DNA from: a virus
Direction: 5' to 3' (one strand)
Length of the DNA: 64,000 nt
IMG/VR virus record: IMGVR_UViG_3300042691_031577
Span: 1-64,000 of that record
Below the pieces are notes generated by a model. That model saw only the letters and a program-made list of their open reading frames with translations. It was not told the origin of the DNA and ran no database searches. Shown here piece after piece: positions 58,160 through 64,000 of the stretch. A program made the translations under genes and the position numbers. The first letter of the stretch is position 1. Each line of letters begins with the position of its first letter.

Positions 58160-59511
58160 GCCAATAAATATTCAGCAACATATATTCCATGCGCTCCTGA
58201 TACTGTGATACCACGAGCTGATAAAGCATCACCAACAAAATGCACATTTGGATATTCAGTTAATGCTAAACTATTATAATCAACTAATGGTTCAGGACTT
58301 AAATATTTTACCTCGGGTATATACATGCCCCAGTCATCACCAAAGTTAAATACTTCATTCATTTGTTCAATAAAGTTAGTTATATAAAATGCATACTTAC
58401 CTAATACTTTATCAAAATCTTCTAAATCATCAGTTTGATATGCTGATACAACTGCGCCTTCTGATGTTATACCTGGCGTACGAGTTTTATTTGGTGAATA
58501 ATATAATCCTTTACCATCAACTTGTAACTGTCCTACTACATGACGTGACCACTCAAACGGATTTTCAATACCTTTAATTTCCATTAATATACCAAAATTA
58601 GTCATATCATTGCGATACTCTTCACCTTTTTTCGCATGACCATTGTAAGTAATATCACCATAAGTTTCTTCAACAGCCACATAGGCAGCGTTATTGTTAG
58701 TACAAAAACTACGCAAAGATACGTTATCAAATTTTTGATATAGTTTAAAATCATAAGAGACATCAATTAATTTTTGGAAATATTTTTGTGGTGCTTCAAA
58801 ACGAACACCTATTTGAACTGATTTGGGTTCAGTTGGTAATTTATAATCATTTGATAGCTGTTGAGCAAAGTCAATACCTGATTTACCTACAGCAAATATG
58901 AGAGTATCATATTCGATCTCAGTGTTAATATAAGGTCTAAAATTAGCCAATCCGCTTTCTTTTCCTAATTTATCAAATCTATCTACTATTGTATTATCGA
59001 CAAATAATACTATTTGTTTATCAAAATCAATAGATGTAACTTCACAATTCCAACAAAATTTAACACCTTTATCTAACAAATATTGATACCATGCTTTAGC
59101 AATCTCGTGCAAGAAATTGGATCCTATGTGCCATACAGGAAACATTCTTAAACCAAAATATGGTTTAATAAATTCAGGTTCTTCCTGAGGATCAGACATG
59201 AATATTTCTTCTGGTTTAGGATGGAAACGAGTAAAATTATCTACTACTTGTTTCATTAATTCCATTGCTTTGTCCTCACCACAATATTTTGATAATTGAC
59301 CTCCAATTGCTGTGTGATAAGTAAGTTTACCATCTGACCACCCACCTGCTCCTAACATACCTGTCATTACCTCTTCAGGTAAACGATTATGTGGGTCGTT
59401 GCCTTTATCTATGATAGTGATTAATTCACCTGGGTATCCATTGTCTACTAATTTGGTAGCGGCATTTATACCTGCAACACCAGCACCTACGATTACTATT
59501 TTTTTATTCAT
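58156..59511 (-). CDS. FAD-dependent oxidoreductase
   Basis: IVGAGVAG Rossmann motif, GAGGWSDGKL, IGVRFE, RSFCTN, PEVKY, FVGD. Confidence 0.85.
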   Translation of the reverse strand: MNKKIVIVGAGVAGINAATKLVDNGYPGELITIIDKGNDPHNRLPEEVMTGMLGAGGWSDGKLTYHTAIGGQLSKYCGEDKAMELMKQVVDNFTRFHPKPEEIFMSDPQEEPEFIKPYFGLRMFPVWHIGSNFLHEIAKAWYQYLLDKGVKFCWNCEVTSIDFDKQIVLFVDNTIVDRFDKLGKESGLANFRPYINTEIEYDTLIFAVGKSGIDFAQQLSNDYKLPTEPKSVQIGVRFEAPQKYFQKLIDVSYDFKLYQKFDNVSLRSFCTNNNAAYVAVEETYGDITYNGHAKKGEEYRNDMTNFGILMEIKGIENPFEWSRHVVGQLQVDGKGLYYSPNKTRTPGITSEGAVVSAYQTDDLEDFDKVLGKYAFYITNFIEQMNEVFNFGDDWGMYIPEVKYLSPEPLVDYNSLALTEYPNVHFVGDALSARGITVSGAHGIYVAEYLLA

Positions 59512-59553
59512 ACTTTATAAATTTAATATCTTTATTTTGACTTTCAAACTAAG

Positions 59554-59580
59554 GTGGCCCACCTTTTAGGGGTGGGCCAC
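59554..59580 (-). terminator. strong GC hairpin (terminator-like)
   Basis: GTGGCCCACC-CCTAAAA-GGTGGGCCAC, 10-bp stem; only a weak T tract follows. Confidence 0.55.
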
Positions 59581-59642
59581 AGCTCCATAATTTTATCTCT
59601 TACGAGCGACCGGCTATGAATCGGTCTATAAATTATTTATTT

Positions 59643-60014
59643 TTATATCATCTTTATATTAGCTACAAATTCTTTTACGTAATTATCTATTTTATTTTTC
59701 TGTTTTTCGGCTTCTTCTTTAGTAAATAATGTTACTTTAATATCCCCCATAGGATGATTAAATAAATCATTTTTAGTTTTATATTGAGCCGGGATACTAC
59801 TCCCGTCTTTGTATGTACCTATAAAATATCGTCTAACTTTATCTCCATATATTTTATCAACGTTTATATCGTTAATATTTACTTCTAAGTCTTTTAACTT
59901 ATTTATAGTTTTTTCTACTTGTTGATATTTTTTAAGATCCTCTACAGGAATTAACTCAATGTAGTATTTTTTATTACTATCTATTTCTTGGATTATGTTT
60001 ACTAACTTAATCAT
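59643..60014 (-). CDS. hypothetical protein with MIKLVNIIQE tag
   Basis: 123-aa ORF. Confidence 0.65.
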   Translation of the reverse strand: MIKLVNIIQEIDSNKKYYIELIPVEDLKKYQQVEKTINKLKDLEVNINDINVDKIYGDKVRRYFIGTYKDGSSIPAQYKTKNDLFNHPMGDIKVTLFTKEEAEKQKNKIDNYVKEFVANIKMI

Positions 60015-60451
60015 TATTGTACATTATATTCGTTATTACCAATTTTTAGTTTAGTAATAGTATTAACGTTTATCATTCTGTATCCACCTGTTTTTACATC
60101 ATATACAGGAATTAATCCTTTTTCATCTGGATTGTAAGGTAATTCGCCACCTTTTAAATAAACTTTAACACCTAAACGAGCATTCATTACGCGAGTAGTA
60201 CCATCTTTTTTAATAAAAGTTACAGTAAAAAACTTACCTTTAGTATCTTTAATTAATTGTTTAGCTTGTTCTTTAGTAATAGACCCAGCTGGGGTTTCAG
60301 GAGTTTCAGCTTCTGATGGTGCTTCTTCTGGTGAAGGAACATTAGCTGGTTCTTGTCCCGGTCCTGGGGTAATAGGAGGTAAATCTTCTTGTTCTTTAAG
60401 ATATTGAGATATAGTTTCTCTGATTAATTGGCGTAATACTTTGCTGTTCAT
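60014..60451 (-). CDS. tagged protein with C-terminal SH3/WYL-like domain
   Basis: LRQLIRETISQYLKE, Pro/Glu linker, FFTVTFIKKDGTTRVM..VYDV..GYRMIN. Confidence 0.65.
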   Translation of the reverse strand: MNSKVLRQLIRETISQYLKEQEDLPPITPGPGQEPANVPSPEEAPSEAETPETPAGSITKEQAKQLIKDTKGKFFTVTFIKKDGTTRVMNARLGVKVYLKGGELPYNPDEKGLIPVYDVKTGGYRMINVNTITKLKIGNNEYNVQ

Positions 60452-60498
60452 TTTTATTGTTTTTTACAAAGATAATAAAGGTACCTTGCCAATAAATA

Positions 60499-61236
60499 TT
60501 ATAAAGCTATATTCTCAGCTGTTTTTTCAGATACAGTGTGATATCTACCGCATTTTTTACATTGCATTTGTACACGAATTGTTCCTAATGCTGACATTCT
60601 ACGTTTAGAGAATGTCCATTTATTTGAACCGCATGTAGGGCAATCTGTTTTGTCTTCACTAACGCTACTTTTTTCAGGAAAATGTGGTGCTAATTTATTG
60701 TATACTTTTTCTAACAATTCAACATCACCTTTACAATATTCTACCATTTTTTCCATGGCTTCTTTATCTTTATTTAAGACAATGTCTTTCCATAAATTAA
60801 AACCAGTGCTGATTTTAGCACCTAAACCTAAAAACTGAGCAATGTAATCTAATTTATTGCTATTAAATTTAAATTTAGATCTGGCGTATTTTAACGTATC
60901 TATTGTAGTATATGACGGAAATAAAGAGATGCCATGATATAGGCATCTAGTTCTAACCCACGGTAAATCGTATTTATCACCGTTATGTCCTACTAATTCA
61001 TCAGCTTCATTAGCTATTTTAATGAATTTTTCTAGTAGACTTTTATCGTTTTGTTTAGCATCCCAAGTTAAAGAGTGTACTTCTTTTTCGTCAGCCCATT
61101 TGTAACAAATACAAATGATAGCTCTTTCTTTTATAATATTGTCGTGACCTATATTTAATCTATAACCTGCGGTCCAAAACAAACCAATGTTTGGGCTTGT
61201 TTCAATATCAAAAAAGAGTCTTTTTACTTTACTCAT
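60499..61236 (-). CDS. DnaQ/RNase H-like (YprB-type) 3'-5' exonuclease with Zn ribbon
   Basis: FFDIETSP, VGHNGDKYDLP, IDTL, YCKGDV, CPTC/CKKC. Confidence 0.85.
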   Translation of the reverse strand: MSKVKRLFFDIETSPNIGLFWTAGYRLNIGHDNIIKERAIICICYKWADEKEVHSLTWDAKQNDKSLLEKFIKIANEADELVGHNGDKYDLPWVRTRCLYHGISLFPSYTTIDTLKYARSKFKFNSNKLDYIAQFLGLGAKISTGFNLWKDIVLNKDKEAMEKMVEYCKGDVELLEKVYNKLAPHFPEKSSVSEDKTDCPTCGSNKWTFSKRRMSALGTIRVQMQCKKCGRYHTVSEKTAENIAL

Positions 61237-61282
61237 ATGATTTTTTTTAAAATATAAAACTTATTTTTTGCCTATCCAAATT

Positions 61283-61810
61283 TTAGGCAGCAGGAGTTTC
61301 CTCAGGTGCTGGCGTTTCTTCAGGGGTAGGTACTTCTGAAGGTGGGGCTTCAGGTGTTGGAGGAATACTTCCTGCTTCTAAATCAGCTTTAATATCAGTA
61401 TTACGTTGTGATGCTAATTCTTCTGCTGACTCTTTAGGAGCATAATTTAGTTCAAGTAAATCTGCTATTGCTTGTGATGCTCTTTCAGATTCTCCTATGT
61501 TAATTGGATTATATTTTTTTCCAGATACTTTTACAACAAAATTATTTTTTCCTAAATATATCATTGTAAAGTCTTGTCCATTAATTAACCCAATACCAAA
61601 TGTAGTTGGTTTAGGAGCTATTAATGAAACATCTGCTATATATCGTCCAAAAGCAGGTGACATTAATTCTTCTAATGTTTTCTTCAAACCAGGAAAGCGA
61701 TGTATTAAATACATTGCTTTTTCAGCTTGTTTTTGTTGCTGTTCTTCTTCCTTTAAAGCCATACGAACAGCTTTTTTAATATATTTTTCTAATAACAGAG
61801 TCTTATTCAT
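61283..61810 (-). CDS. hypothetical protein with Pro/Glu-rich tail
   Basis: 175-aa ORF; [13 protein letters not shown] leader. Confidence 0.7.
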   Translation of the reverse strand: MNKTLLLEKYIKKAVRMALKEEEQQQKQAEKAMYLIHRFPGLKKTLEELMSPAFGRYIADVSLIAPKPTTFGIGLINGQDFTMIYLGKNNFVVKVSGKKYNPINIGESERASQAIADLLELNYAPKESAEELASQRNTDIKADLEAGSIPPTPEAPPSEVPTPEETPAPEETPAA

Positions 61811-62270
61811 CGTCTCTTAATTCATGAAAACCTTGAGCTGCTTGCTCAATATAGTTTTCAGCATTGGTAATATGATCTTGAATCCATCCTGGGATGTTAC
61901 GTTCTACTGTTCCTATCTTTTGAGACAATTCCATAGCTGCTTTAGCAATAGCTTCTAAACTATTTTGAGCCATAGCAACTTCATGATCCATACCTTCTTT
62001 TTTAATATTTTTAGATATTGTCTTACGGCGATTTAAAAGATATTTATCTGTTTTATCAACTTTACCGTCATTGTTTATATCTTTATCTTCTTTACCTACT
62101 GGGTCTAAAGCTTCTTCTTTTTTACCTTTACCCATGGCTTTAGCTGTAGCTATAGGACCTGCTTTTTCAGGAGACATCCCTGAGTCAACTAAGGCATCGT
62201 AAATTTCTCCACGCTTTTTCTTTTGGCTAGGAGTCATTTTTTTCTCTAGTAAATCGATTAATTTTATCAT
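61803..62270 (-). CDS. hypothetical protein with MIKLIDLLE tag and DxNxDG Ca-binding-like loop
   Basis: [14 protein letters not shown]; [13 protein letters not shown]. Confidence 0.7.
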   Translation of the reverse strand: MIKLIDLLEKKMTPSQKKKRGEIYDALVDSGMSPEKAGPIATAKAMGKGKKEEALDPVGKEDKDINNDGKVDKTDKYLLNRRKTISKNIKKEGMDHEVAMAQNSLEAIAKAAMELSQKIGTVERNIPGWIQDHITNAENYIEQAAQGFHELRDDE

Positions 62271-62644
62271 TTTAAAAAGCGTAATTTATAGATGGTTGAA
62301 TTAATAAGAGCAACAACTTCATCAATTTGATTTTGAATATATGAATCTTGGCAAAGCATTGTTCTACTTTTTTCAATATAAGAACAAAGTACAGTAAAAT
62401 ACATAATGATACCTTCACAGCTTTGATATTCTTGTAAAGCAACATTTGTATACCCAGTAACGATACCGTATTTACCTTGATATGATTCTACTATACCGTC
62501 AGTTATACCTACAATTTCATCATAATATTCATTTAATGCTTTATGAGCAGCAAATGAAGGTGTTTGTAGATGAAATACATGAGCCTGCGTACGAGACGCC
62601 ATTAACGTAGAAACAAATTGACCCATTAATGCGTTATGTTCCAT
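62267..62644 (-). CDS. ferritin/Dps-like four-helix bundle protein (DUF5856-like)
   Basis: [43 protein letters not shown]. Confidence 0.75.
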   Translation of the reverse strand: MEHNALMGQFVSTLMASRTQAHVFHLQTPSFAAHKALNEYYDEIVGITDGIVESYQGKYGIVTGYTNVALQEYQSCEGIIMYFTVLCSYIEKSRTMLCQDSYIQNQIDEVVALINSTIYKLRFLK

Positions 62645-62648
62645 TATT

Positions 62649-63332
62649 TTATTTTTTAACTACTTTTTTTAGTATAGCACCAGCTACTTTTTGACCTGCT
62701 TCTTTTGAACCGTATTTTTTAGCTGCTGATTTAGCTATTTTGGCAAATCCTTTACCAGGTTTACCTACGTCTTCACCTTTTTCAAAGCGAGCTTCTTCCA
62801 TTTTTTTATCATCGCCTTTTGGTAGACCTTTTTTGTAACTTCTATATGCGCTACCTATTGCTGCTCCTATTCCACCTACAGTTCCAGCAGCTGCTGCAAT
62901 TTGTCCTATGAGTTCTCCTACTGAGATATTCATGGATTTGGCTAAATCTGTAAGAGGTCCCATAATTTCTGACGAGAGACCTTCGTTTATTTTTTTAGCT
63001 TCGTCTAATTCTTTTTTTTCAGATTTTTTAGGACCTTTAGAATTTTTATCCATTGTTTTTTTCTGGTCTTCTAGATCTTTTTTCTTAGTTTGTAATTCTT
63101 TAATACTAGCTTCCATATCATCCATCATATCACCTATAATTTCTGAGGAAACATAATATTTTAAACCATCCATTGATGTTAATGCTGTTTTAACAGACAT
63201 AGCATCTTTAATATCTTCGTCTACTTTTTTAATTTTAGCTTCCAAAGCAGCTATATCACCAGCCTCGTCTATCATTTTGATACGGTCAGCAATTGCTTCT
63301 TTAATTAATTTCTTTAATTCGGATTGTTTCAT
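62649..63332 (-). CDS. hypothetical protein with LKKLIKEAI leader
   Basis: Coiled coil, Gly/Ala-rich hydrophobic segment, basic C-terminus. Confidence 0.7.
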   Translation of the reverse strand: MKQSELKKLIKEAIADRIKMIDEAGDIAALEAKIKKVDEDIKDAMSVKTALTSMDGLKYYVSSEIIGDMMDDMEASIKELQTKKKDLEDQKKTMDKNSKGPKKSEKKELDEAKKINEGLSSEIMGPLTDLAKSMNISVGELIGQIAAAAGTVGGIGAAIGSAYRSYKKGLPKGDDKKMEEARFEKGEDVGKPGKGFAKIAKSAAKKYGSKEAGQKVAGAILKKVVKK

Positions 63333-63355
63333 GGTATTGTTATTTTATATAAATA

Positions 63356-64000
63356 TTAACTATTTTTTATTTCTTCAATATGTTTTTTCAATTCGTCAAC
63401 TCTATCAGGATTACGTTCGATATATTCATTGAATATATAATTGCGTATTTCTGTTAAATTACGTTGTCTTAATGCGGCTACCAAATTAGCAGGACTATCT
63501 AATTGAAATGCACCGTTTTGTGTTAATAACCAGTGGCTATTTCCTGGTTGGGCTACTATAGATGCTACTAAATTGCCTGATTCTAATTGGATACCATATA
63601 TGGCACTAGGGCCTACTATTCGTACATAATCAACGTGACCCAAATTACCTAATAGATTATCGCGGCGTGATACTCCTCTATCTGTATTTAAATTTCCTCT
63701 AGTAGAATCACCGAAGAATTTAGCACGGATATTTACAGGTAATTGGTTAAATGAATTTAATAAATTACTATTTTCTAAAGTAGTTTGTAAATCATCACTT
63801 ATATTACCTTCAATTGGTCTATTAGCACCACCTGCTGGTCTTCCTCTTCTACCGGTTCCTGCTGCTGGTACTCGTTCACCTGCTCCTAATTGAGCTGGTG
63901 TTGGGCGAGGAGTAGTTGTTCTAGGAGCTCTAGCTTGTAATACTCTTCCTGTTTTTTCTGATATTCTAAAACTTTCTGCAGGGTTAGCTGTGTTTACAAT
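63356..64000 (-). CDS. C-terminal part of a large hypothetical protein (runs off the window)
   Basis: The frame appears open from the window end (IVNTANPAESF...GRRGRPAGG...) to the stop at 63356. Confidence 0.7.
   Translation of the reverse strand: MVNTANPAESFRISEKTGRVLQARAPRTTTPRPTPAQLGAGERVPAAGTGRRGRPAGGANRPIEGNISDDLQTTLENSNLLNSFNQLPVNIRAKFFGDSTRGNLNTDRGVSRRDNLLGNLGHVDYVRIVGPSAIYGIQLESGNLVASIVAQPGNSHWLLTQNGAFQLDSPANLVAALRQRNLTEIRNYIFNEYIERNPDRVDELKKHIEEIKNS

Noticed and set aside
3013-63156. All plus-strand ORFs in the track
   Set aside because: They are short antisense shadows of minus-strand genes, with no recognisable motifs and no independent start signals.
1-64000. Stop-codon reassignment
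   Set aside because: Core genes are full-length in the standard code, TAA/TAG/TGA all end genes at sensible positions, and no suppressor tRNA is seen.

Overview
64 kb of a large, AT-rich, T4-like (contractile-tailed) phage genome, with essentially every gene on the minus strand. Promoter-like sites of the Bacteroidota type (TTTG-N19/20-TAnnTTT[G/A]) and a near absence of Shine-Dalgarno sequences point to a Bacteroidota host (inference). From left to right the window holds: (1) an RNA-only island with tRNA-Leu, tRNA-Glu, two 143-nt tRNA-like RNAs whose anticodon arm is replaced by large structured inserts, and two further structured spacers; (2) a TGT/DpdA-like gene; (3) a replication and nucleotide module (class II RNR, thioredoxin, DnaB helicase, 5'-3' exonuclease, RecA/UvsX, gp32 SSB, a short family-A polymerase); (4) baseplate, tape measure, tail tube, sheath, fibre and neck genes; (5) PhoH, capsid, scaffold, prohead protease, portal and terminase; (6) three free-standing homing endonucleases; (7) a run of small accessory proteins. 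The most notable signals are the anticodon-less tRNA-like RNAs, an unannotated +1/-2 frameshift extension of the gene upstream of the tape measure, a family of more than 12 unrelated proteins with short amphipathic N-terminal tags ending in L/I-x-E (two sharing the scaffold C-terminal motif; candidate capsid-targeting system), a ~30-copy ATATTTAT late-promoter motif, a lone strong SD on the scaffold gene, and several structured intergenic RNAs. All assignments come from reading motifs by eye; no database searches were run.
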